Below are positions 22,907 to 35,231 of a stretch of 64,000 nucleotides of DNA, piece by piece. A program made the position numbers and the translations under genes. The stretch comes from Eledone cirrhosa (taxonomy: Eukaryota). How positions within the stretch are numbered: position 1 is the first letter of the stretch; every line of letters starts with the position of its first letter. The DNA lies in NCBI GenBank assembly GCA_964016885.1, contig OZ024749.1:28334001-28398000 (forward strand), read 5' to 3'. A model generated the notes under the pieces. The model saw nothing but the letters and a program-made list of their open reading frames with translations. It was not told where the DNA came from and ran no database searches.

Positions 22907-23103
22907 ACTTATTGACACTTATACGTACGACATACACACACACGCATACATATGCGTGCACACAGCAACACTCACACACACAACAAACACACACACACGC
23001 TACTCTACTCACTTACACGCACACACACACATATATATATATATATTACCGTCATTACTGATACAAGATTACCAGATTACCAGATTATGTCAGATTATGT
23101 CAA

Positions 23104-23168
23104 TATATATATATACATATATATATATATACATATATATATACACATACATATATATATACACATAC

Positions 23169-23223
<55 letters not shown>

Positions 23224-23274
23224 CATATATACATATATATATATACATATATACATATACACATATATATATAC

Positions 23275-23307
<33 letters not shown>

Positions 23308-23678
23308 CACATATATATATACACATATATATATACATATATATATACATATATATACATATACACATATATATATACATATATATACATATATATATAT
23401 ATACATATATATATACATATATATACATATATATATATATACATATACATATATATATATATACATATATATATACATATATATATACATATATACATAT
23501 ATATATACATATATATATATACATATATATATATACATATATATATATACATATATATATATACATATATATATATACATATATATATATACATATATAT
23601 ATATACATATATATATATACATATATATACATATATATATATACATATATATACATATATATATATACATATATATAC

Positions 23679-23713
<35 letters not shown>

Positions 23714-24406
23714 CATATATATATACATATATATATACATATATATATACATATATATATACATATATATATATACATATATATATATACATATATATAT
23801 ACACATATATATATACATACATATATACACATATATATATACATATATATATACATATATATATACATATATATACATATATATATACATATATACATAT
23901 ATATATACATATATATATATATACATATATATACATATATATACATATATATACATATATATACATATATATACATACATATACATATATATACATACAT
24001 ATATATATACATATATATATACATATATATACATATATATATACATATATATATACATATATATACATATATATATACATATATATACATATATATATAC
24101 ATATATATACATATATATACATATATATATATATATACATACATATACACATATATATATACACATATACACATATATATACACATATATATACACTTAT
24201 ATATACACTTATATATACACATATATATACACATATATATACACATATATATACACATATATATATACACATATATATATACACATATATATATATACAC
24301 ATATATATATATACACATATATATATACACATATATATATACATACATATATACATACATATATACATACATATATACATACATATATACATACATATAT
24401 ACATAC
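23104..24406. repeat. Compound (TA)nCA microsatellite
   Basis: Seen directly. Confidence 0.97.
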
Positions 24407-25026
24407 ACTAGACCTGAAAAATGCGCAGGCTCAAAAGAGCCACAAAATATTATAATAAACCTTCAAAAATGTGGGACTAGAGATGTTGCTCATAAATATT
24501 ATAATCATTATCTATCGTACACTCTGTGGCATCCTTTTATAAAAAAGAGACTCATAACGAACTCAAGACGACACGATAATTATTTAAGCTAATGTTCAAT
24601 ATCTCATATTACATGTTTAGTATTGATTAATACGAAATGCACTTAAACCGAATTCTATATTATAAATTCACTTAAATAATTATCGTGTCAGCTTGAGTTC
24701 GTTATGAGTCGCTTTTTTTTATAAAAGGATGCCACAGAGTGTACGATAGATAATTGTTTCTGCTTTAGGCACAAGGCCAGCAATTATCCAGTGTATTACT
24801 GGTACTTTATTTTATCGACCCTGTAAGGATGAAAGGCAAAGTAAACCTCGGCGGGATTTGAACTCGGACTGTAAAGGGGCGTAACTATGCTGGAAAGCAT
24901 GGTGTCCGACTCTCTACCAATACAACGATTACAATATTTTTGAGCAACAACTCTAGTCCCACACTTTTGAAGGTTTATTATAACATTCTGTGGCTCTTTT
25001 GTGCTTGCGCATTTTTCAGGTCTAGT
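24407..25026. mobile_element. Fold-back element with ~180-bp inverted arms, the right arm interrupted by a SINE
   Basis: 24407-24500 pairs with 24933-25026 (actagacctgaaaaatgcgca... / ...tgcgcatttttcaggtctagt). 24508-24588 pairs with 24670-24754. The spacer is ~80 bp. Confidence 0.85.
24752..24930 (-). mobile_element. tRNA-derived SINE (family 1)
   Basis: Reverse-complement match to 30538-30727, with a B box (gagttcaaatcc) on the minus strand. Confidence 0.88.
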
Positions 25027-25683
25027 TTAATATTTTTTTTAAGGAAACGCTTGTAACAACTCTAGTTAAACATGATATATATTAATAATAAATTATCGTT
25101 GTAATGTAATTAGATTATATAATTGTTATTTTATAAATGATCTTATAAATATTATTGTAAGATGTATAAAAATATTTTCAGACTTTTAATATAAACAACT
25201 ACAAAAACAATCAATATTAAATAAATATATTTTACATTATAATTGTTATAGTTGAATTAATAAAAATTAAATATTACATACAAATAGTCTAACATAATAA
25301 TAAAAAATAATCTAACATAATAATAATAAAATAATCTAACATAATAATAATAAAATAATCTAACATAAAACGAACATTAATATGGACAAATATACAAGTA
25401 TATATGATACAACCAATATTATAAGTATGTTATAACGAACTGAAAAAAATAGTTAATATAAATTTAAAAAAATCATATATAAATTAACAATATAACTTAC
25501 CAAAACGAGAAAAATATTTTGATGATAAACGATGAAATACGGGAGGAAGATTCGATAGCGAAACGATAAATAAACGTGCAAACAAAATGGCGGATGCTTT
25601 TGAGCAACAATTACTCTCGTTGTTTGATTAGCCAATAAGACGATGAAATTAGCCAATAAGACGATACATTACAAAACATGTTT

Positions 25684-25766
25684 GGCAGCGATCATCACCA
25701 CGGCCAGCGATCATCACCACGGCCAGCGATCATCACCACGGCCCGCGATCATCACCACGGCCAGCG
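25684..25766. repeat. 19-bp tandem repeat GCCAGCGATCATCACCACG, ~4.4 copies
   Basis: Period of 19 read directly (25687, 25706, 25725). Confidence 0.9.
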
Positions 25767-27184
25767 ACACCCCTTGAATTTTTTATTCACAAGCTACGCA
25801 TATATGTCAGACACGCAGACTTAAAATATTCTGTTAGTCACTGCGTGTCTAACAGATATATATATATATAATCTTTCTCTCTATCCCACTATCTTTCTTT
25901 CTCCCTATTTCTCTCATTATCTCACCCTCCTCCTCTCTCTCCTATTCTTCCCCTCTGTCTATCCTGTCTGTATATAAGTGTGCCCCCCCCCTCTCTACTG
26001 CTCTGGAAGACATCGACCGTGTTCCGACAACGTGGAGAGGGATAAGATCCGCCAAGTTATAAAATGCCCAAGTGACACCGTTTGTCAGGATGGTGACCCT
26101 ATGACTTCATCAACAGTTAAGGACCCGTTACTTTACCTAAACAGATCCACGTTCCAAAGAAAGAATCGCAACACGTAAAGACCAGAAGAATGGTCGTATC
26201 TGTTGTTATATAAGATATCCCACTATAGTAATATGGAAGCCGATGTCACCTTACTGAGTTTAACTAACACTGTTTAGAATGTCAAGGGGAAACAAAATCG
26301 ACACACACACACACAAACCCTCACAGACACATGCACAAACACATGCACACAAATACAAACGCACGCACACATACATATGCAGAAACCCACGCAAACACAC
26401 ACATACAAACACACTCATACACAAACGCATGCACATAAGCACAACACACACACGCATACATACAAACATACACATATACCCACATACACTCACACACAAA
26501 CAAACACTTATACACATACGCATGCACACATACAAGCACACACATATACCCACACGCATACGCGTACACATTCATACACATACATACACACATACAGACA
26601 TGCGCACATATGCACACATAAAATTATCACGAACGATCGCCTGTTATTTTGAGATTAAAATAACAACACCAACAACAACAAAACTCCGCACACCAAATGA
26701 AAGACCTGATGTATATTAGTAGAAGCGGATAAGGACCAAACTAGTTGAAAATCGGATGTCATTAGTGTTGCTTTCAGAAGAAATTGGGATATTAGGAAGG
26801 TGGGATGGAGAATTTAAAAGCCTCTAATCTGACATTTAGAATATACAACCTAATGAAATATATTCCCAGTTTGGAGAGAGGTGCTAAATACTACCCCACT
26901 CTCGTCCGCTCCCTTTCTATACCATTCTGTCAACACTAATTAAATTTGGGGCATTTATCTACAAAATATTTTAAAGTATTTCACACTTGTCTTGCTTTGT
27001 TTTGCTGTCGCTGGTTTTATAAGTCTTTTAATATTATTCTTCGTTTCGTTTTTTCTTCAAGACTTAATTTACCACGGCAAAAACAAAAACAAAAAAATGG
27101 CATGGTAGGGTATGTAGTAATATTTATACTCTCTTGAATAATGCATGCATACATACATTTGTATGTATATAGATATAAATGCAT

Positions 27185-27332
27185 ATACACACACACACAC
27201 GTATGTATGTATGCATATATGTACGTATGTATATATAGGGGTGCATGTGTGTCTCCATTCTTTCCTGGGGTACATACGTACTTACACACACACACGTGTG
27301 CGTGCGTGTGTGTGTGTAAGTACGTGTATATT

Positions 27333-27369
<37 letters not shown>

Positions 27370-27513
27370 GTATGTATGTATGCATGCATATATGTACGTA
27401 TGTATATATAGGGGTGCATGTGTGTCTCCATTCTTTCCTGGGGTACATACGTACTTACACACACACACACACGTGTGCGTGCGTGCGTGTGTGTGTGTAA
27501 GTACGTGTATATT

Positions 27514-27552
<39 letters not shown>

Positions 27553-27555
27553 GTA
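27185..27555. repeat. Tandem duplication of a ~175-bp microsatellite-bounded unit
   Basis: 'ataggggtgcatgtgtgtctccattctttcctggggtacatacgtacttac' occurs at ~27235 and ~27408. Confidence 0.9.
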
Positions 27556-27745
27556 TAGATAGCGACGATGGTAGGTGGATGGCGGTGATGGTGATCCAGG
27601 TGGTGATCAGAGGTGATTGTGATGATAGCGATATTTATAGGCAGCAGATGTCTTCATCTCGCCTTGTTGATTTGGGATATATAAAAGTTTATCCCTGTTT
27701 CAATCAGGGGGAAATCACAATAAGTAAGGTACTCAATACATAGAG

Positions 27746-27818
27746 TATTTAATATAGAAAGGGCTTCTACAGTGCTAGAACTGTTCTAATCCTGTAGAAG
27801 CCATTCCTATATTAAATA
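27746..27818. repeat. Fold-back palindrome with 27-bp arms (2 mismatches)
   Basis: tatttaatatagaaagggcttctacag / ctgtagaagccattcctatattaaata. Confidence 0.85.
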
Positions 27819-27866
27819 TATATATAATAAATGTGAAGACTAAAATCCAAAGAGGGCTCGATAAGG

Positions 27867-27905
<39 letters not shown>

Positions 27906-27928
27906 GTGGAGCAAATATTTATTAAAAG

Positions 27929-28034
27929 AACAGATTAAAGTTTAAGCAAAGAATCGCTGCTTTCACCCTTAACGGGATCTTCTGAAGATCTCAGGGGTGA
28001 AAGCAGCGATTCTTTGCTTAAACTTTAATCTGTT
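27929..28034. repeat. Palindrome A: perfect 40-bp arms, 26-nt spacer containing CTGAAGA. Related copies at 28716-28801 and ~31088-31231.
   Basis: aacagattaaagtttaagcaaagaatcgctgctttcaccc / gggtgaaagcagcgattctttgcttaaactttaatctgtt. Confidence 0.93.
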
Positions 28035-28067
28035 ATGTATGTATGTATGTATGTATGTATGTATGTA

Positions 28068-28119
<52 letters not shown>

Positions 28120-28121
28120 CG

Positions 28122-28572
28122 TGATGGTAGCTAAGATGCTTCCATAGGCGGTATACGGATTGAGCACTTTATGCTCTTACAGAGCAGAGTATGATAGAAT
28201 AGAAGACGAAGAATCAGTGATGCATCTGAACTCAATTTATTGTGTGTTACAATTGTTTCCCCGGCGGACAGCTCGAGACGCGATCATTGTGTGGATCTGT
28301 CTGATTCTGGACCCGCAGGTTTGACGGACATGTCTAATGATTTCGGAGAGTGTGAGAATATGCTCCGAAATCATTAGGCGGGTCCAGAATCAGACAGATC
28401 CACACAATGATCGCGTCTCGAGCTGTCCGCCGGGGAAACAATTGTAACACACAATAAATTGAGTTCGGATGCAACACTGATTTTTCGTTTTCTATTCTAT
28501 CATACTCTGCTCTGTAAGAGCATAAAGTGCTCAACCGGTATACCGCCTATGGAAGCATCTTAGCTACCATCA
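28122..28572. repeat. Palindrome B: 195-bp arms (about 6 mismatches), 61-bp spacer with a nested 15-bp hairpin; carries hammerhead-like motifs
   Basis: 28122-28316 is the reverse complement of 28378-28572. The spacer contains ctaatgatttcggag...ctccgaaatcattag. Each arm carries GAAACAATTGTA followed by AATAAA, reading outward. Confidence 0.93.
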
Positions 28573-28574
28573 GG

Positions 28575-28714
<140 letters not shown>

Positions 28715-29203
28715 GAACAGATTAAAGTTTAAGCAAAGAATCGCTGCTTTCACCCCTGAGATCTTCAGAAGATCCCGTTAAGGGTGAAAGCAGCGATTCT
28801 TGGTCAGGAAGGTCGGTTTTTTTTCTCTCTCTCGTCTACGATTTCACAGAACTTACGTTCACCGAATTCACAGACTAGATCCCTTCTTCCTCCCGTTAGA
28901 CCTGTACGGAATTCCTTCCTTGCTCACATTCCAACCAGGTTTGATGGTCTTTATTCTCTCTCGTTCACGATTTCACCGAATTTATATTCATGGAAATTTG
29001 GGACTTGACTCCTTCTTTCTCACTTTTCGTTGCTTCACCATCTTTGTTTGTTTACACTCTCGTGTCCCCTTTATTTACGTGTCCCAACGACTTTTTTAGC
29101 CGTTGCTCGCACCAACCGGAGGTATATGGTCTTTAAAGCGATGAAATACCAATGATGGTTGGAAGATCACTGATGAAGGACTAACTTTATTCATATATAT
29201 ATC

Positions 29204-29238
<35 letters not shown>

Positions 29239-29621
29239 TACTGTATCATTGACAATAGAAAAGGTGGAAAATAATTTTTGAACAGGGAACTTCCTGGGAC
29301 AGGCGGTCTCCCTCATACAGAGGGAGACAAAGTAGGGGACAGGTTGACTATCTCCCTCATACAGTGGGAGATATAAAGCTGGAGGGCTCCTGGGACAGAT
29401 TGACTGTCCCCCTCATAGTGAGAGGGGCCACTGGCATGCATGGGTAACTGCTGTAGCGGGGAGAGGGGCGACTGACATGCATGGGTGACTGCTGTAGCGT
29501 GGAGAGGGGTCACTACTGGTCATCCATAAAACACTTTGCCCAGGCTGGCAACGTGGAAAGAAAGTTTCCAGTTGTAAACCCATGTTAAACCATGACCAAG
29601 GACAGGGGCTTTACAATGAGT

Positions 29622-29780
29622 GCAGGCATGTCTATATGGTACAGAAGCTTACTTTGAAACTCGGGGGTTTGGTGTTCGATCCGACTGCGTAGCATCTTGG
29701 ACGAGTGACGTCTACATGTATTCTTGGGTTGACAAAGGCTTTATATTAAATGTGGCAGATCAAAACAGTGTGAAACCCCA
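29622..29780 (+). mobile_element. Degenerate tRNA-derived SINE (family 2)
   Basis: B box 'gttcgatcc', and loose reverse-complement similarity to 35628-35781. Confidence 0.5.
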
Positions 29781-30321
29781 TCAGGGATGAAAGGTGGGGG
29801 TAGCTGTCCGTGTTAACACTACCATCTTACGCCACAATGAATGTATTTAACGGAGTTCATTCCTTTGCAGACTCTCATCCAGGCTTCCAGTTTGAGAATA
29901 ACTTTCTACTATTCTCCAACCAAACTCCGATGCTCTGAGAATAATCATGAGCTCTGTCCTGGCTCTTCTGACCAAGACACATAATACAGCGCTCTATTAA
30001 TCTACTAACTTTACTTCAAATCATATTTTTTCTTGTGTTCCTTTCTTTCGGCAACGATATATAAACAAGAAAGGCAGTTGTGTAAATACTTGAAGTCAGC
30101 AGGTGTCTAACTGACAAACACTATTATATATGAAAATATTTCATTGACACTAACTTATCTTGTAGTTTCAAACGTTGCCACTCCGATGTTTTTATAGTAA
30201 TCTTAGTAAGTAAAGTTAAATAAAGAACTATTTCTAGAAAATATATATATTATTATATTATATACAAAGTCAACACGGTGACCTCGACACGGTCACTAAA
30301 ACTGCTGGAGGCAGCAGCAAC

Positions 30322-30381
<60 letters not shown>

Positions 30382-30537
30382 GACTTCAATTTCCATTATA
30401 TATATATATATATATATGAAAAAATGGGGAGAAGAATACTGCATGGTTGCACATGGATAACATGTTATAAAATGAGTCCCTCATCAGTGATTTACCAACG
30501 GTCATAGGTATTTCATTGCATTATATATATATATAAT

Positions 30538-30727
30538 GCGGTGGATTGGCAGTATCGGTAAAGGGTCGGACGCCATGCTTTGCAGCAAAGAGTTACGGCC
30601 CTTTATGGTCTGAGTTCAAATCTCGCCGAGGTTGACTTTGCCTTTCATCCTTACGGGGTCGATAAAATAAAGTACCAGTAATGCACTGGGATAATTGCTG
30701 GCCTTGTGCCCAAAGTAGAAACAATTA
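30538..30727 (+). mobile_element. tRNA-derived SINE (family 1; resembles octopus OK-type SINEs with a Nin/Deu-like core)
   Basis: A box tggcagtatcgg (~30547), B box gagttcaaatc (~30612), core gactttgcctttcatccttacggggtcgataaaataaagtaccag, ending in a TA tail. The family name is from recall. Confidence 0.88.
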
Positions 30728-30785
30728 TATATATATATAATGGAAATTGAAGTCAGATTTGCAGACCGTGTAGAAAATTTATTTG

Positions 30786-30878
30786 CATATTACAATTATC
30801 AATTGTTTCAATATCGATCAGCTCGAGTGTGATCAAGGTAATCGAGCCCCACTCTTCTTCGACATCTCCTCAGATATG
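30786..30878 (-). ncRNA. Type I hammerhead ribozyme motif with enlarged stem II (degenerate)
   Basis: Minus strand: cauau CUGAGGA gaugucga [~43 nt including a gcucga/ucgagc hairpin] ucgauauu GAAA caauug(auaauug) UA auaug, then AATAAA. Homologous to 33149-33235. Confidence 0.65.
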
Positions 30879-31045
30879 TGAGTCTGCATGCGTCATCCAT
30901 ATCTAAACTGTTGACATGTACACACACACATATACATGCACACACATACATATACACACACACACATATACACACACACACATATACATATATACACACA
31001 CACACGCACACATACACATACACATATATACACACACGCACTCGC

Positions 31046-31087
<42 letters not shown>

Positions 31088-31228
31088 GATAAATGTGAAG
31101 ACTAAAATCCAAAGAGGGCTCGATAAGGATAAATATACATCAAATATATAAGCACCCTAGAGCAAATATTTATAAAAAATAACAGATTAAGGGTGAAAGC
31201 AGCGATTCTTTGCTTAAACTTTAATGTG

Positions 31229-31270
<42 letters not shown>

Positions 31271-31498
31271 TCCCAAACTTGTAGAAAACTTATAATGAAA
31301 CAATTGTTTGGAAAGAGAGATATACTTTAACTTTAATTATATCTCATAAAATAATACAACTGGTTTTTCCACATTATACATATTGTTAGCACCACAAACA
31401 CTTAAATTGGGTTTATATTTTAATATAACCTAATGTTTGTTGAGTGAGATGGTTACCAGTCAGAGTTTAGCTTTAAACTATCTCTGTTATTGTATTAA

Positions 31499-31555
<57 letters not shown>

Positions 31556-31904
31556 TGCGTGTGTATGCTAATGCGCGGAGATGCTATGAAATAGCTTATA
31601 AAATAAGGTGAAGATCCTTAGAGGTGGAAAAAGAAGTTGTCTGGCCGATGGCAACCTCTTTTTTTTCGTTTTTAAGGTTCTTCACCCTCCATTATGTGCT
31701 ACAGGACATAAACAAACCCTCAACACCACATCTCGTTCTTTCTGCTTAAATCGCCATTTATCTGTAATTCGTCCTCCCACATTTTTTTCTGCAACCGTCA
31801 ACCTTCGAATGCTCAAAAGGACCGACCATTAACGGTTTCGATCTCACCATTCTTAGGGGAAGGGGGTTTGGGAAAGCCTTAGACAAAGTTCCTTACCACA
31901 CCAG

Positions 31905-32040
31905 ATTAATCTCAGTACTTGACTCTTACATTATATTATCGTCCCTGGAAGGAAGGATGAAAGGACCGAACTCAGTGGGATTTGAACTCAGAACGCAAAG
32001 AGTCGAAACTAGATACCATCTTGATGCATCTATCAATTCT
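31905..32040 (-). mobile_element. Degenerate SINE (family 1)
   Basis: 'attatcgtccctggaagg...atgaaagg...gggatttgaactcagaac' matches the 24752-24930 copy. Confidence 0.6.
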
Positions 32041-32569
32041 GATGACGTTTATTTATGACGTTCTGCGAGATAGAATGCCAACCAAACCTCATTGTATTCC
32101 ACCACAAACTTCTCCCAACACAAATACATATTCTTTGCTATATCCAATAAAAATAACGATTGTTATTGGATATAAACTAACCAATCTTTAAAATGAATTT
32201 TTCACAAATAATGGAATCACTTCTGGGCCACGTATCACCATCTTTGCTACTGCTCCAATCATAGACTCTGATGTTGATCTCCATATTCTAATTATACGCT
32301 ATATCCTTATTCAAACACCACACCGTAATCCGATCTTCCACCATTATTCGCTAGCTCGCATGATAACCTCTTACTTTACAACTTTTTTCGCTTGTAATGT
32401 TTCCCCGAGGACATATTTCCAAGCTCATGTTTCTTCAGCCAACACAAATACAATCAATTCACTACACTTCTAATCTTCCCTGCTTTCATGTGATCATATC
32501 AAGGAAGGTCAGTTACTAAAATGGTCATTCAGCTTTAGATTATTGTATTTTTTTTTTTTTTTTTTTTAA

Positions 32570-32845
32570 GGGATATAAAGCTAGATCACAGCTCCGATAC
32601 TATGGGCATGTGGTTAGAATGTCTCAGGAAAGAATCGCTAGACAAATTTTACGGGAAAAACCAACTGGCAAGAGATCCAAGGATAGACCCCGAGCAAGAT
32701 GGTTGGATAACATCCATGAACTTAGCTGGTGCCACTTGGGGATCCAGCCGGATCAGTTGGAAACGGTTGCTTTTGACAAAACCACTGGAAGGAATGTTTC
32801 AGAACTCTGCCCCAACGACCCTCGCAAGAAGAAGAAGAAGAAGAT
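32570..32845 (+). mobile_element. 3' fragment of a second RTE-like LINE family, with an (AAG)n tail
   Basis: Frame reads RSQLRYYGHVVRMSQERIARQILREKPTGKRSKDRPRARWLDNI, then aagaagaagaag. Confidence 0.8.
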
Positions 32846-33148
32846 GGTGGTGGTTATTTAAGCTTGTACGTGGCCCGAAGGTGTAAATTTCATCAAAGCT
32901 ATTGAGTATTATTTATGGTAAGAGAATAAGAAATCGATCGACAAGATCCCAAGCCTCATTCACTTACTGGGTGGAGTCAGATCGGACCAAGGAAACAATG
33001 TTTCCATTCGTCTTTCCAATTGCTGATACATCTAAACAGTTGACAGAGGTCCCGTGATCCGTTTATATACACTTATTGGTGGGTTTTTAAGGGGTGGTGG
33101 TAAAGTAGGTTTTATATATATATATGTGTCTTTGCGCATATAAGCTCG

Positions 33149-33235
33149 TATATCTGATGAGATGTCGAAAAAGAGTCGAGCCCTCTCACCTTGAGTGTAC
33201 CCTGAGCTGATCAATACCGAAACATTATAATATGC
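33149..33235 (+). ncRNA. Type I hammerhead ribozyme motif with enlarged stem II (degenerate)
   Basis: uauau CUGAUGA gaugucga [~42 nt] ucaauacc GAAA cauua UA auaug. The surrounding 33135-33280 aligns with the reverse complement of 30738-30890. Confidence 0.6.
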
Positions 33236-33307
33236 AAATAACGTTTGTACATATGCAGCGGAACTGACTTCGACTCTTAATTCTCTCTCTCTCTCTCTCT
33301 CTCTCTC

Positions 33308-33355
<48 letters not shown>

Positions 33356-33587
33356 GCGAGGTTTTTGATATGAAATCGTGTCGAAACAAATATTGTTATA
33401 CTTGGGAGGGTCATATTTGTGTAATATTCCCAGAATTAATAACAGAACACACTCACTGTTTGGTTGGTTTTCGCTTCTGTGTCTTTTATATCGGTTAATT
33501 TAATTTATTCGATCCTCAATGTTGCCATTGACTGACCAACGGTCAAAAATACAGATACAATATAGACACAAACATATATATAGTCTA

Positions 33588-33629
33588 TCAAAGTTCTTTC
33601 GTTGCACATCTGCAACATCGTCAGTGTTG
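33588..33629 (-). ncRNA. Minimal hammerhead ribozyme motif in the PLE terminal repeat (stem III/I decayed)
   Basis: Minus strand: caaca CUGACGA u guugca gaug ugcaac GAAA gaac uu. The second copy at 52663-52702 keeps the same stem II with a different loop. Confidence 0.7.
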
Positions 33630-33770
33630 CTATTATGTTTCCTCCCGTTGCATTGTATGCTTACGCCATCTTTATTTAGTCTGTTTATTTATTTATTTGT
33701 TTATTTTTTTTGTCTTCTTTGCGCATGCGTTTGCGTGTCTGTATAGTGTTTTGTTTGATGTGTGTTCTTG

Positions 33771-35080
33771 TTCAAGTTCAACGAGAAGATCTACACCCAA
33801 AATGAGGGAGCAGCCATTGGCGTCAGCATAGCTGGTGACGTTGCCAACCTTTTTATGGTATGGTGGGAAAGGTGACTCAAAGATCTCGATGAGAGTTCCA
33901 TAGACCTCATCATGTACTCACGTTACGAAGACGACATCAATATAGTAATAAGGACATCCCCACAAGAGAGCACTAACAAGTTTGATTTAGAACGTAGCAC
34001 AATGAAAAGCATCCAGCAGATAGCTAATTCCATACACCAGAGTATAACTGTAACTATCGACTACCCTTCCAAACACCCTAACAATAGACTACCTGTTTAG
34101 ACACGGAACTCTGGATTAACGCTATAGATGAGAGAGCCCAAATTCTCCACTCACACTATGCTAAACCCATGGCCTCCAAATACCTGATACTCAAAAACTC
34201 AGCAATGTCCAGTAGTGCTAAGTTTAATATTCTGATCGCAGACTTGGTACGAGTGATGAAGAACATGTCCCGCATGTGCGACCCAACAGAAATGGAAAGA
34301 CACATCCAACACTTCATCAACCGCATGCAGTTCTCTGGCTACAACCAAAGAGACAGAATCAGAATATACGAAGGAGCCACGGAGAAGTATGAGACCCCTA
34401 TAGAACTGGACATGAAAGGAATTTGCCCATTATACAGGAGCAAATCATGGAACATCTTAGATAGGACTAGACATAAGATAGGGAAAGCCACCTCATGGTA
34501 CGACAACCAGAGATACCAGTGTGTCATGTTTGTGGACGCTACCCCTGGAGGGAAATTAGCTAACCCGTGTAGAAAGGCCCTGAGAAAGACCCACTTAAAG
34601 ATTAAGGTGGTAGAAAAGCCAGGAACCACAATAAAATCCCTGATCAGCAAAACCTACCCTTTTAAGAAAACCCACTGTACTAATAGGAAATGTATCATAT
34701 GTAGAGTAAACCCCCGGATAAACTGTAAAACTAGAAACGTAGTCTATAGCATAAGATGTACAGAGGGTACTTGCAGAAACATGACAACAACATACATAGG
34801 CGAGACAGCTCGTAGCATAGGTGAAAGGATAGACCAACACTGGGGGGAACTAAAAGGACGAAAAAACGGTCCAGTACTATACGAACATGCCAGACAACAA
34901 CATGACGGTAACATAGAAAACTTAGAAATTAGAATAATATCTAAACATAGAAATGACCCAGCAGATAGGCAAATCAGAGAGGCCAGTGAAATAGAAATTA
35001 GAAGACCAAGACTAAACAGAAAGAATGAATGGAATAACAACAACACCCAAACAAACAACACTGACCTAAGAGAAGTATAA
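33771..35080 (+). pseudogene. Penelope-like RT (partial) plus GIY-YIG endonuclease, with one nonsense codon and one frameshift
   Basis: Reads FKFNEKIYTQNEGAAIGVSIAGDVANLFMVWWER*(33873)...YSRYEDDI...LPV/LDTELW (frameshift ~34098)...HYAKPMASK. A Cys-rich linker CTNRKCIIC follows, then NVVYSIRC...YIGETARSIGERIDQH...RQIREASEI...PRLN. Confidence 0.92.
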
Positions 35081-35231
35081 ATAAATAAATAAATAAATAC
35101 ATATACAAGCACAATAACAACAAACACATATAAACACACACTAGTAAACTAAGATAGAATACATTAACCAATACACAGTCACCCAAACAAGATCACACAT
35201 CAAACAAAACACTATACACACACGCAAACGC

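Larger units (their letters stand above)
18477..23103 (-). mobile_element. Apparently full-length RTE-clade LINE inserted in (TA)n. The 5' boundary is uncertain (22872 or 23103).
   Basis: Intact ORF; structured 5'UTR at 22598-22872; 3' terminal stem-loop 'tggccatactcgataacgagggggcagcc' followed by an (ATT)n tail at 18477-18518; long TA arrays on both sides. Confidence 0.85.

Noticed and set aside
25978-26290. Unique, moderately GC-rich stretch as a possible host exon
   Set aside because: No recognisable protein motif or supportable splice structure from sequence alone.
30538-30630. tRNA gene
   Set aside because: A and B boxes are present, but there is no convincing cloverleaf and it continues into a SINE body found in several copies.
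31275-31315. Hammerhead-like 'ccaaa cttgtaga...gaaacaattgtttgg'; similar fragments at ~29170 (ctgatgaagg) and ~37645 (tgaaactagtt)
   Set aside because: The core or stem II is missing or too decayed to call.
32190-32510. Possible decayed LINE RT fragment on the minus strand
   Set aside because: Only a vague resemblance. No motif could be read with confidence without a translated search.
33873-33875. In-frame TGA in the Penelope-like RT as possible selenocysteine (reported for some Naiad PLEs)
   Set aside because: The context WWER*LK is not an evident cysteine position, the copy also has a frameshift near 34098, and no SECIS was recognised. A simple nonsense mutation is more likely.
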